Source: Hemiscyllium ocellatum
Taxonomy: Eukaryota
Length of the DNA stretch: 64,000 nt
NCBI RefSeq assembly: GCF_020745735.1
Contig: NC_083425.1
Span: 29,437,575 to 29,501,574 of the forward strand
Reading direction: 5' to 3'
Part shown: in pieces, positions 63,726 through 64,000 of the stretch
Position numbering within the stretch: the stretch's first letter is position 1
Layout of the letters: each line of letters opens with the position of its first letter
The notes under the pieces: model-generated
The model's input: only the letters and a program-made list of their open reading frames with translations
What the model was told of the DNA's origin: nothing
Database searches by the model: none
Program-made: the position numbers and the translations under genes

Positions 63726-64000
63726 CAATATTAAGAACACATAGATCATAGATCATCTATTTGAGACTAAAAGTCAGCAACTCACAGCCAGATTAAAGAT
63801 CCTAGAGAACCCTATTTCACAGGCTTTCTTGAACAAATTAAACGGCATCATTGAAATTTGGGGTCTTTTCAATTTTCTTAACTTAACTCTGAATTATCTG
63901 ATTTTTTTTTAGAAAAGTCTTATTGCATTAATTTAGTGACAGTTCATATTCTAAATCATCTCCAGCATGCATGAATTACAGCACATTTGTTAGTGAAAGG

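Overview
This is AT-rich, repeat-dense eukaryotic DNA, most likely from a shark or other elasmobranch, inferred from the HE1-type V-SINEs and their partner CR1 LINEs. I can support no host protein-coding exon; the recognisable ORFs in the track are retroelement remnants or their antisense shadows. Contents: many decayed CR1 and CR1/L2-clade LINE fragments (one near-full-length with an esterase-type ORF1), 7 HE1 SINEs, an RTE fragment, a Deu-SINE remnant, a Harbinger-type Myb/SANT remnant, and a truncated Gmr1-like Gypsy element (LTR, tRNA-Pro PBS, SCAN-like Gag, protease, then integrase with no RT in between). The most interesting layer is about 17 Penelope-like (PLE) insertions from four sequence families. 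All carry an intact or decayed minimal type-I hammerhead ribozyme motif (CUGANGA-N-stemII-GAAA-palindrome-UH) with family-specific, co-varying helices. Many are ~160-230 bp fold-back hairpins, often flanked by 13-16 bp target-site duplications, with a ~35 nt tail on the inverted arm only. One hairpin (37387-37617) keeps an intact-looking ribozyme on each strand. Coordinates were read by eye; boundaries of decayed repeats are approximate (tens of bp).
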